Shown: piece after piece, positions 9,283 to 18,066 of the stretch
Layout: the number at the start of each line of letters is the position of its first letter
How positions within the stretch are numbered: the first letter of the stretch is position 1
NCBI GenBank assembly: GCA_013824055.1
Contig: PNNE01000460.1
Location: 1 to 46,756 of the forward strand
Length of the DNA stretch: 46,756 nucleotides
From: Rhodobacter sp.
GTDB taxonomy: Bacteria > Pseudomonadota > Alphaproteobacteria > Rhodobacterales > Rhodobacteraceae
Direction: 5' to 3'
Translations under genes and position numbers: made by a program
The notes under the pieces: model-generated
What the model saw: only the letters and a program-made list of their open reading frames with translations
Databases searched by the model: none
What the model was told of the DNA's origin: nothing

Positions 9283-10310
9283 GACGCTTTCCGGCAGGTA
9301 CAGGTCCGGCGGCAGGAAATGCTGGCCCTGGACGGGAACCATGCCCTCGGTCACCGCTTCGGTTGCCAGGCGGACAAGGTCGTGGCACAGCCGCTGCAAC
9401 GGGGTCGCGATACCATCGTCACATGCCGTCCGATCAGCGCGGCGCGGCTTTCCGGCGTCAGCTCGTTGACGACCAGCGCCACCTCGCCCGGCTGCCGCGC
9501 CTCGCGCACCGCCGCGATGGCGCCTTCCATCCCGCCGCCCGCGCAATAGATGCCCCGCAGGTCCGGGTGGCGGGACAACAGATCCAGCGTCGCCTCATAG
9601 GTCAGCTGCCGGGTTTCCAGGTTGATCAGAGTGTCCAGCACCTGGAACTGCGGCGCGTGTTCGCGAAAGTAGCTGCGCACCCCGGTCTCGCGCAGCTCGT
9701 GCCCGTGCCAGCGGTAGCCGCCGACGAAGACCGCGATCTTTCCCGGATGGTGGGACGCGGTCGCAATCATGTGCGCCGCAATGCGTCCGACCTTCAGGTT
9801 GTTCAGCCCGAGATAGTTCTGCCGCACCCCCTGCCCGAAATCGTTCAGCAGCGAAAAGCACGGGATGCCCTTGGCATTCAGCCGCACCACCGCCTCGGTC
9901 ACGTCGGGATGCGCTACCGCCGTGGCTGCGATGGCATCGACCCGACCGGCCATCGCCTCCATCAGCTCGGTGAAATCCCTTGGCGACTGCGACGACGCAA
10001 AGGCCACCTGCAGCGTCGCGCGGACCCCCGCCGCCTGGGTCACGGCGCGCTCGGCTTCGGCCTTGAACTGCTGGTAGAACGACTGCCGCTCCTTGTGCAG
10101 GACAAGACCCAGCCGCAACCGGGGCAGGTCGGCGTTGACGCGCTGCCCGATCAGCGGGGCGGCGTGATAGCCGATCAGCCGCGCCGCCTCGTAGACCTTG
10201 CGCGCCGTCTCTTCGCGCACCTTCTCGCGTCCGTTCAGGACCCGGTCCACCGTGGCGCTGGACACGCCCGCCTCGCGGGCGACATCGTGGATCGTCGGTC
10301 GGTTTGCCAT
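9280..10310 (-). CDS. LacI-family transcriptional regulator (1-nt frameshift near 9411)
   Basis: PTIHDVAREAGVSSATVDRVLN HTH. After HVTMV the natural C-terminus (IATPLQRLCHDLV...YLPESV*) is in another frame, ending at 9280. Confidence 0.88.
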
Positions 10311-10316
10311 CTGGTC

Positions 10317-10366
10317 TGACGAAATTCCATCAAGATGAGGTCCGATCATGATGGATCATGACGAAA
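10317..10366. promoter_or_regulatory. Candidate operators in the divergent lacI-mocD gap
   Basis: Imperfect palindrome TGACGAAATTCCATCA (10317-10332) and TGACGAAA (10359-10366). Confidence 0.5.
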
Positions 10367-10464
10367 CCTGCAACCAGGCCTATTGGTGATTTGCCCAGGG
10401 TCGACTTATCCACGATGGCGACGAGGCGCTCCTGCCCGGGGGGCGTGACAGCAGAGGTCAACGG

Positions 10465-11556
10465 ATGAGCAATCGCGACTACAGCCTTTTCGGACCCGAC
10501 GCCAAACGCGCCGTTGAAAGCGGTCTGACGGCGGCCGAGTGGTATCATACCGAAGTGCCGCGCAAGGTGATGAAGGACCTGATGGCACGCAGCGACCAGC
10601 CTGCGATCCGCGACACGATCATCTATTACGGCAGCATGATCCTGCTGGCTGGCATCGGCATCGCGCTTTGGCCGTCGCTCTGGTCGATCCCGTTCTGGCT
10701 GGCCTACGGCGTCCTTTACGGCTCGGCCTCGGATTCGCGCTGGCATGAATGTGGCCACGGCACCGCCTTCAAGACGCCCTGGATGAACGACGTCGTCTAC
10801 CAGATCGCCAGCTTCATGATCATGCGCAACCCGGCCACCTGGCGCTGGAGCCATGCACGCCACCACTCCGAGACCTATTTCGTCGGCCGCGACCCCGAGA
10901 TCGCCGTGATGCGCCCGCCCGAGGTCGCCAAGCTGATCCTGAACTTCTTCGGCATCCTCGACGTCATCGCCTTCGTCCCCCGCATCCTGCGCAACGCCAT
11001 ATCCGGTCCCACGCCCGAAGAGCGCACCTATGTCCCGCACAGCGAATGGGGCAAGGTGCAGCGCGCCGCGATCGTCCATGTCTCGATCTATGCCGCAACC
11101 ATCGGCCTTGCGGTCGGGACGGGATCGATCCTGCCGCTGATGGTGATCGGCCTGCCGCGGATGTACGGCGCCTGGCACCACGTCATGACCGGGCTTCTGC
11201 AGCACGGCGGGCTTGCCGACAATGTCATCGACCACCGCCTGAACAGCCGCACCGTCCATATGAATCCCATCAGCCGCTTCATCTACTGGAACATGAACTA
11301 CCACGTCGAACACCACATGTTCCCGATGGTCCCCTACCACGCCCTGCCGCGCCTGCATGAGGTGATCAAGCACGACCTGCCGCCGCCCAACCGCTCGATC
11401 GCCGAGGCGTTCCGCGAGATGTGGCCCGCGATCAAGCGCCAGGTCATGAACCAGGACCACTTCATCCGCCGCGACCTGCCGCCGACGGCCAAGCCTTACC
11501 GCGAGGATTTCCACCACTACGTGCCGGGCATGATGCCCCCCTCTGCCGCAGAATAA
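10465..11556 (+). CDS. mocD: Membrane di-iron desaturase-family oxygenase, MocD-like
   Basis: His boxes HECGH, HARHH and HVEHH. N-terminus RDYSL...GLTAAEWYH is typical of MocD. Followed by a Rieske ferredoxin. Confidence 0.82.
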   Translation: MSNRDYSLFGPDAKRAVESGLTAAEWYHTEVPRKVMKDLMARSDQPAIRDTIIYYGSMILLAGIGIALWPSLWSIPFWLAYGVLYGSASDSRWHECGHGTAFKTPWMNDVVYQIASFMIMRNPATWRWSHARHHSETYFVGRDPEIAVMRPPEVAKLILNFFGILDVIAFVPRILRNAISGPTPEERTYVPHSEWGKVQRAAIVHVSIYAATIGLAVGTGSILPLMVIGLPRMYGAWHHVMTGLLQHGGLADNVIDHRLNSRTVHMNPISRFIYWNMNYHVEHHMFPMVPYHALPRLHEVIKHDLPPPNRSIAEAFREMWPAIKRQVMNQDHFIRRDLPPTAKPYREDFHHYVPGMMPPSAAE

Positions 11557-11565
11557 GGACACGAC

Positions 11566-11877
11566 ATGCCCTGGATCGACGCCTGCGCCACCACCGACAT
11601 CGACGAGGAAGACCTGATCCGCTGGGACCACGCGGGCAAGACCTTCGCGATCTACCATTCGCCGGATGGAGAGTTCTTCGCGACCGCCGGGCTTTGCACG
11701 CATGAGAACGTCCATCTTTGCGACGGCCTTGTCATGGGCAACCTGGTCGAATGTCCCAAGCACAACGGTCAGTTCGACTATCGCACGGGAGAGGCGATGC
11801 GCGCCCCGGTCTGCGTGAACCTGCGGACCTTCCCGGTCAAGGTCGAGGGTGACCGCGTCTTTGTCGAGGTCGCGTGA
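11566..11877 (+). CDS. mocE: Rieske [2Fe-2S] ferredoxin, MocE-like
   Basis: CTH...CPKH Rieske ligands, 103 aa, directly after mocD. Confidence 0.88.
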   Translation: MPWIDACATTDIDEEDLIRWDHAGKTFAIYHSPDGEFFATAGLCTHENVHLCDGLVMGNLVECPKHNGQFDYRTGEAMRAPVCVNLRTFPVKVEGDRVFVEVA

Positions 11878-12129
11878 TGGCGCCGCCCACCGTCAAGGAC
11901 CTGCTTGACGCGCGCGGCAAACACCAGTTCGCCATGCTGCGCGTCGAGACGCTGGAAGAAGCCGAAGCTGCCGCGAAAGCCGGGGTGGAACTGCTGTCGG
12001 TCCCGCCGTCGATGGTCATGGACCGCCGCTTGCGCGACGTCGCGCCACCCGGCGCCGCAGCACCTGGTCGATTGCGACCCCCCAGGTCGTCGCGGACTTC
12101 GCCGACTGGCTCTGGACCAGAACGCCTGA
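11877..12129 (+). pseudogene. Remnant of a PanB-like (ketopantoate hydroxymethyltransferase-family) gene
   Basis: N-terminus PTVKDLLDARGKHQFAMLRVETLEEAEAAAKAGVELLSVPP resembles PanB-like proteins of moc clusters (recognised from memory). It is fused near 12047 to a C-terminal-like piece (PAPQHLVDCDP.VVADFADW.DQNA*) spread over other frames. TGATG coupling to mocE. Confidence 0.6.
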
Positions 12130-12139
12130 GGCGGACAGC

Positions 12140-13078
12140 CTAGACCGCCAGGATCGCGTCGATCAGCCTTTGGGCCGGGGGCGTCATCTGCGCGCCCGCG
12201 CGTTTCACCAGGCTGAACGGAGCCACGGCCAGACCCAGGTCGATCGGCAAGGACACAAAGGGCACCGAGGGGTTCCCGGCAAAGCTGTCGACGACCGGAG
12301 TCGCCAGCGGCGCAATGGCATCGGTCTGGTTCAACAGCGCCAGCGTGAACAGGAAGGACGAGGTCGAGACTCGCCGCTTCGGCTGTGGCAGGCCCAGCTC
12401 GGTCAGGCGGCTGACCACCGTCTGCGTCAACAGCGTCTCGTCGTCGCCCATCACCCAGTCGTAGGACATCAGGTCGTCCAGCGACAGGGCCGGCCTGACC
12501 AGAAGCGGATGGCCTCGCCGGACCACCAGCGACAAGGGCTCGACCGCCAGGACGCGCGCCTCAAGCTGGGTTTCGCCGGGCGACGGCCGGGCCAGCGCAA
12601 AGTCCAGCCGCCCGTCGCGCAACTGCTCGCACAGGTTCAGCGACGTGGCGACCGTCACTTCGGCGCGGAACTCCGGCAGGTCGCGTTGCAGCGCGATCAG
12701 CACCGGCATCACCAGGCTAAGCGCCGGGCCAGTGACCGCGCCGACCCGCACCACACCCGCGCGGCCCGTCGCCGCCTCGGTCAGCTCGCGGGCGGCATCG
12801 GCCAGCTCGATCTCGATCCGGGCGGCCCGCCGCGCCAGCGACAGGCCCACCTCGGTCAACCGCAACCCGCGCCCCTGTCGTTCGTGCAGCGGCAGGCCCA
12901 GCAGGTCCTCCATATCGGCCAGAAGGCGCGAGGCGGCGGGCTGGGCCACGCCGATCCGGACCGCAGCCACCCCCAGGGCGCCCACCTGGCTCAACTCGGC
13001 CAGCAAGCGCAGTTGCACCGGCTTCAGGCGTCGCAGCTGGGCGACAAGACTGGTTTCGGTCGCATTCATATCAATCAT
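12140..13078 (-). CDS. gbpR: LysR-family regulator, GbpR-like
   Basis: LKPVQLRLL...QPAASRLLADMEDLLGLPLHER HTH; divergent from chvE. The start may be 13069. Confidence 0.78.
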   Translation of the reverse strand: MIDMNATETSLVAQLRRLKPVQLRLLAELSQVGALGVAAVRIGVAQPAASRLLADMEDLLGLPLHERQGRGLRLTEVGLSLARRAARIEIELADAARELTEAATGRAGVVRVGAVTGPALSLVMPVLIALQRDLPEFRAEVTVATSLNLCEQLRDGRLDFALARPSPGETQLEARVLAVEPLSLVVRRGHPLLVRPALSLDDLMSYDWVMGDDETLLTQTVVSRLTELGLPQPKRRVSTSSFLFTLALLNQTDAIAPLATPVVDSFAGNPSVPFVSLPIDLGLAVAPFSLVKRAGAQMTPPAQRLIDAILAV

Positions 13079-13104
13079 GCCATGTTTTCATGCGCAGACC
13101 CTAT

Positions 13105-13133
13105 TTGACACGCATGGGTCGCCTGCGCAATCT
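13105..13133 (+). promoter_or_regulatory. Putative sigma70 promoter of chvE
   Basis: TTGACA-N17-CAATCT, with a LysR T-N11-A dyad (ATG-N9-CAT, 13077-13091) just upstream. Confidence 0.5.
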
Positions 13134-13210
13134 GCGCCTCGTCCGTGACCAGGGGCCACAGCTCTGTGCCCAAAGCGGATGCAAACGAAGAATCATCGGG
13201 AGGAAACAAG

Positions 13211-14281
13211 ATGATCTTGACCCGCCGCGGCCTCATGGCCCTTGCCGGCACCACCGCTGCCCTGTCGGCGCTGCCCGCCTTTGCCCAGGACAAGGGCACC
13301 ATCGGCATCGCGATGCCGACCAAATCCTCGTCGCGCTGGATTTCGGACGGCGAGTCGATGGTCAAGGCGTTTCAGGAGGCTGGCTATGCCACCGACCTGC
13401 AATATGCCGAGGATGACATCCCGACCCAGCTGAACCAGATCGAGAACATGATCACCAGCGGAGTCAAGGCGCTGGTGATCGCGGCCATCGACGGCACCAC
13501 GCTGTCGAACGCGCTGGACAACGCTGCCGCCCAGGGCATCAAGATCTTCGCCTATGACCGCCTGATCCGCGATTCCGGCTCGGTCGACTATTATGCGACC
13601 TTCGACAACTTCAAGGTCGGCGTGCTGCAGGCGGAATCGCTGGTCGAGGGTCTGAAGGAACGCTTCCCCGACGTGAAGCCGTGGAATGTCGAACTCTTCG
13701 GCGGAAGCCCCGACGACAACAACGCCTTCTTCTTCTACGACGGCGCGATGTCGATCCTGCAACCGCTGATCGACGCGGGCGACATCGTCATCCCGTCCGG
13801 CCAGATGGGCATGGACGTGGTGGGCACCCTGCGTTGGGACGGTGCCGTCGCCCAGGCCCGCATGGACAACCTGCTTTCGTCGAACTACGGCGACAAGCAG
13901 CTGCACGGCGCGCTGTCCCCCTATGACGGGCTGTCCATCGGCATCCTGTCGTCGGTCAAGGGCGTGGGCTACGGCTCGGGCGACCTGAAGATGCCGATCG
14001 TCACCGGCCAGGACGCCGAGATCCCCTCGATCAAGTCGATGATCGCGGGCGAGCAGTATTCGACGGTCTTCAAGGACACGCGCGAACTGGCCAGGGTCAC
14101 TGTCAGGATGGTGGACGCGGTCCTGTCCGGCGGCGAGCCGGAAATCAACGACACCACGACCTACGACAACGGCGTCAAGGTCGTTCCCTCCTACCTGCTG
14201 GAGCCGGTCTCGGTGAACCTGACGAACTACGAAGAGATCCTCGTCGGTTCGGGCTACTACACTGCCGATCAGCTGAAGTAA
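13211..14281 (+). CDS. chvE: Multiple-monosaccharide ABC substrate-binding protein ChvE
   Basis: [65 protein letters not shown]. Confidence 0.95.
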   Translation: MILTRRGLMALAGTTAALSALPAFAQDKGTIGIAMPTKSSSRWISDGESMVKAFQEAGYATDLQYAEDDIPTQLNQIENMITSGVKALVIAAIDGTTLSNALDNAAAQGIKIFAYDRLIRDSGSVDYYATFDNFKVGVLQAESLVEGLKERFPDVKPWNVELFGGSPDDNNAFFFYDGAMSILQPLIDAGDIVIPSGQMGMDVVGTLRWDGAVAQARMDNLLSSNYGDKQLHGALSPYDGLSIGILSSVKGVGYGSGDLKMPIVTGQDAEIPSIKSMIAGEQYSTVFKDTRELARVTVRMVDAVLSGGEPEINDTTTYDNGVKVVPSYLLEPVSVNLTNYEEILVGSGYYTADQLK

Positions 14282-14295
14282 GCTGATCCGAAGGG

Positions 14296-14324
14296 CCTGC
14301 CCGCGCCGCTCTCGCGCGGGCAGG
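14296..14324 (+). terminator. Stem-loop after chvE (terminator or mRNA-stabilising hairpin)
   Basis: CCTGCCCGCGC-N7-GCGCGGGCAGG, perfect 11-bp stem. Confidence 0.6.
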
Positions 14325-14344
14325 TTCCCTTGGGGGAGGGGACC

Positions 14345-15886
14345 ATGACCACACTTCTGGAAATGCGCGGGATCACCAAGGTCTTCCCGGGCGTCAAGGC
14401 GCTTGACCGGGTCAGCCTGACTGTCGGGGCCGGCGAGATTCATGCCATCTGCGGCGAGAACGGCGCGGGCAAATCCACGCTGATGAAGGTCCTGTCGGGG
14501 GTCTACCCGCATGGCAGCTATGACGGCGAAATCATCTACGACGGCCAGCCGCTGCACAACCGCTCGATCCGCGACAGCGAAGAGAAGGGCATCATCATCA
14601 TCCACCAGGAACTTGCGCTGATCCCCCTGCTGTCGATCGCCGAGAACCTGTTCATGGGCAACGAGGTCGCCACCAACGGCGTGATCTCCTGGCCGCTGGC
14701 GATGCAGAAGACCGGCGAGCTTCTGCGCCGGGTCGGTCTGAACGAACCCCCCAGCGCCGTGACCGGCAAGCTGGGCGTCGGCAAGCAGCAACTGATCGAG
14801 ATCGCCAAGGCCCTGTCGAAGAATGTCCGCCTGCTGATCCTTGACGAACCGACGGCAGCGCTGCAGGAGGCCGACGCCGACCGCCTGCTTGACCTGATGC
14901 TGGAACTCAAGACCCAGGGCGTCACCCAGATCATCATCAGCCACAAGCTGAACGAGATCCGCCGCGTCGCCGACCGCATCACCGTGATCCGCGACGGCAC
15001 CTCGGTCTCGACGCTGACAAAGGCGGAAATCTCGGAAGACCGCATCATCCGCGACATGGTCGGCCGCGACATGGCGCACCGCTACCCCGAACGCACCCCG
15101 AACCCCGGCGACATGCTGTTCGAGGTGCAGGGCTGGTCCTGCATGCACCCCGAACAGGCGGGCCGCCAGATGATCAAGGGCGTCTCGCTGAACGTCCGCA
15201 AGGGCGAGATTGTCGGCATCGCCGGGCTGATGGGCACCGGCCGCACCGAGCTTGCCATGTCGATCTTCGGCCGCAGCTATGGCAAGGGCCATGCCGGCAC
15301 GGTGAAGATGAACGGCAAGCCCGTCGACGTCTCGACCGTCTCCAGGGCCATCGAGGCCGGGATCTCCTATGTGACCGAGGACCGCAAGGCGCTGGGCCTG
15401 ATCCTGGACGAGCCGATCCTGAAGAACATCAGCCTGGCGAACCTGATGGGCATCGCGATGCACTCCATCCTCGACAAGCGGCGTGAGGCGCAGGTGGCCG
15501 AAGGATACAGAAAGCAGCTGGCGATCCGCACCCCCGGCGTGCATCAGAAGGTGGTGAACCTGTCCGGCGGCAACCAGCAGAAGGTGGTGCTGTCGAAATG
15601 GCTTTTCACCGAGCCGCAGCTGCTGATCCTTGACGAACCGACCCGCGGCATCGACGTGGGCGCCAAGTTCGAGATCTACACGATCATGAAGGATCTCGCC
15701 GAACAGGGGCGGGGCGTCCTGATGATCAGCTCCGAGATGCCCGAGCTTCTGGGCATGTGCGACCGCATCTACGTCATGAACGAAGGCCGGATCGTCGGCG
15801 AACTGACCCGCGACGAGGCCAGCCAGGAAAAGATCATGGCGCTGATCGTCAAGGACAACGGCAAGACCACAGGGAAGGTGGCGTGA
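14345..15886 (+). CDS. gguA: Multiple-monosaccharide ABC ATP-binding protein (GguA/MmsA)
   Basis: Two ABC domains: GENGAGKST, SGVYPHGSYDG, LSGGNQQKV, DEPTRGIDVGAK. Confidence 0.9.
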   Translation: MTTLLEMRGITKVFPGVKALDRVSLTVGAGEIHAICGENGAGKSTLMKVLSGVYPHGSYDGEIIYDGQPLHNRSIRDSEEKGIIIIHQELALIPLLSIAENLFMGNEVATNGVISWPLAMQKTGELLRRVGLNEPPSAVTGKLGVGKQQLIEIAKALSKNVRLLILDEPTAALQEADADRLLDLMLELKTQGVTQIIISHKLNEIRRVADRITVIRDGTSVSTLTKAEISEDRIIRDMVGRDMAHRYPERTPNPGDMLFEVQGWSCMHPEQAGRQMIKGVSLNVRKGEIVGIAGLMGTGRTELAMSIFGRSYGKGHAGTVKMNGKPVDVSTVSRAIEAGISYVTEDRKALGLILDEPILKNISLANLMGIAMHSILDKRREAQVAEGYRKQLAIRTPGVHQKVVNLSGGNQQKVVLSKWLFTEPQLLILDEPTRGIDVGAKFEIYTIMKDLAEQGRGVLMISSEMPELLGMCDRIYVMNEGRIVGELTRDEASQEKIMALIVKDNGKTTGKVA

Positions 15887-17055
15887 ATGGCTGAAAATCA
15901 AAGCTCACTGGGCGGACACCTGCGCGAAAACGGGATGCTTCTGGCCCTGGTCGCCATCGTGGCGCTGTTCTCGGTCCTGGTGGCGATGCAGGGCAAGCCG
16001 CTGTTCCTGCAGGCCCCGAACATCACCAACATCTTCCTGCAGAACGGCCACGTCATCATCCTGGCGCTGGGGATGCTTCTGATCATCGTCGCCGGGCACA
16101 TCGACCTGTCCGTCGGCTCTGTCGCCGCCTTCACCGGAGCTGTCGCGGCCTTTCTGACAGTCGAGCTGGAACTGCCGATCGCGGTCGTCATTCCGCTGAC
16201 CCTGATCGTCGGCGGGTTGATCGGAGCGCGCAAGGCTACTGGGTCGCCTACTGGCGCATCCCCAGTTTCATCGTGACGCTGGCCGGGATGCTGGTCTTCC
16301 GCGGCGCGACGCTGTGGCTCTTGGGCGGGCAGAACATCGGCCCCTTCCCCCGGTCCTTCCAGGCGATGTCCTCGGGCTTCATCCCCGACCTCACCGGGCT
16401 GGACAAACCCCACGGCGTGACCCTGATCGTCACCGCGGTCGCCATCGCCATCGTCGTCTGGATCGGCCTGCGGTCCCGGTCCCGCGATGCCGAGTTCGGG
16501 ATCGCCCCCGAACCCACCGGCCTGTTCTGGGGCCGCACCCTGATCATCGCCGCCGCGATGGCCTTCGTCGGCTGGCAGCTCGCCAGCTTCCGCGGCCTGC
16601 CGAATGTGCTGGTGGTCCTGGCCGTCCTGATCACCCTCTATGCCTTCTTCACCGAAAACACCGTGCAGGGCCGCCGCATCTATGCCGTCGGCGGCAACTA
16701 CAGGGCCGCCCAACTCTCTGGCATCCGGGCCGAACGGCTGGTCTTCTTCTGCTTCGTGAACATGGGCGTGCTTGCCGCGCTGGCCGGGATGATGGTGACG
16801 GCGCGTCTCAACTCTGCCACCCCCAAGGCCGGCACCGGGTTCGAGCTTGACGCGATCGCCGCGGTCTTCATCGGCGGGGCCGCGATGGCGGGCGGCTCGG
16901 GCAAGATCATCGGTGTCGTGATCGGCGCGCTGATCATGGGCGTGATGAACATGGGCATGTCGATCCTGGGCGTCGGCATCGACTACCAGCAGATGATCAA
17001 GGGCCTCGTGCTTCTGGCCGCCGTCATCTTCGACGTCTACAACAAGAACAAGTGA
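15887..17055 (+). CDS. gguB: Multiple-monosaccharide ABC permease (GguB/MmsB; 1-nt frameshift near 16228)
   Basis: GHIDLSVGS in the first frame. QGYWVAYWRIPSFIVTLAGMLVFRG and ELDAIAAVFIGG follow in a second frame; the break is at GGAGCGCGCAA. Confidence 0.88.
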
Positions 17056-17063
17056 GACCGATC

Positions 17064-18056
17064 ATGCATCTCTCCACCGTCAAGGGCGCAGGCCCCGTCG
17101 TCCGTCAGGGCTCCGAAGCCCGGCTCCTGCGCAACACCGGGTCGGTCTACGAACTGGCGACCGCCGCGATTGCGGGCGGCGGCCTCAAGGCCGAGATCGA
17201 AAGGCGCGGCCTTGGCGAAACCGTGGACCTGACCCGCGCCAGCTTTGACCTTCCCGTCAGCCACCCCGACCCGGCGCACCTGCACCTCACTGGCACCGGC
17301 CTGACCCACCTTGGCTCGGCTTCCGCCCGGGATGCGATGCACGCCAGGCTGGCCAGCGCTGCGCAGAACGCAAACTCTGACTCTGCAGAGACCCTGACCG
17401 ACAGCATGAAGATGTTCCGCATGGGCCTTGAAGGCGGCCGCCCCGCCGCCGGCGAAGTCGGCGCGCAGCCCGAGTGGTTCTACAAGGGCAACGGCCATGC
17501 CGCTGTCGCACCTGGCGCGGCGCTCGAAGCCCCCGGCTTTGCCGAAGACGGCGGCGAGGAGCCCGAGATTGCCGGCATCTACCTGATCGGTCCCACCGGC
17601 ACGCCGCATCGCATCGGCTGGGCCCTGGGCAACGAGTTTTCCGACCACATCACCGAACGCGTCAACTACCTCTGGCTCGCGCATTCCAAGCTCCGCGTCG
17701 CCTCTTACGGGCCGGAGATCCTGGTGGGCGACCTGCCCGCGGACGTGCGCGGCCACTCCCGCATCCTGCGCGACGGCAAGACCCTGTGGGAGAAACCGTT
17801 CCTGAGCGGCGAGGCGAACATGTCCCACACGCTGGCGAACCTGGAACACCATCACTTCAAGTACGGCATCTTCCGCCAGCCCGGCGACCTGCATGTCCAC
17901 TACTTCGGCACTGCCACCCTGTCCTTCGCCGACGGGATCAAGACCCAACCGGGCGACACCTTCGAGATCGAGGTCCCCGACTTCGGCCAGCCCCTTCGCA
18001 ACACCCTGACCTTCGCGCCAAAGACCCTGGGCGCGACCAAAGTTCACCCCCTTTGA
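17064..18056 (+). CDS. gguC: GguC/AraD1 FAH-family protein (likely 2-keto-3-deoxy-L-arabinonate dehydratase)
   Basis: TGTGLTHLGSA, TDSMKMF, QPEWFYKG, DGGEEPE, GNEFSDH, NYLWLAHSKLR, HHHFKY. Confidence 0.85.
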   Translation: MHLSTVKGAGPVVRQGSEARLLRNTGSVYELATAAIAGGGLKAEIERRGLGETVDLTRASFDLPVSHPDPAHLHLTGTGLTHLGSASARDAMHARLASAAQNANSDSAETLTDSMKMFRMGLEGGRPAAGEVGAQPEWFYKGNGHAAVAPGAALEAPGFAEDGGEEPEIAGIYLIGPTGTPHRIGWALGNEFSDHITERVNYLWLAHSKLRVASYGPEILVGDLPADVRGHSRILRDGKTLWEKPFLSGEANMSHTLANLEHHHFKYGIFRQPGDLHVHYFGTATLSFADGIKTQPGDTFEIEVPDFGQPLRNTLTFAPKTLGATKVHPL

Positions 18057-18066
18057 GAGACCAGAG

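Noticed and set aside
10406-10414. DnaA-box-like TTATCCACG upstream of mocD
   Set aside because: A single one-mismatch copy, expected by chance.
10465-11556. Lipid fatty-acid desaturase
   Set aside because: The fold is shared, but the Rieske partner and inositol context fit a MocD-type oxygenase better.
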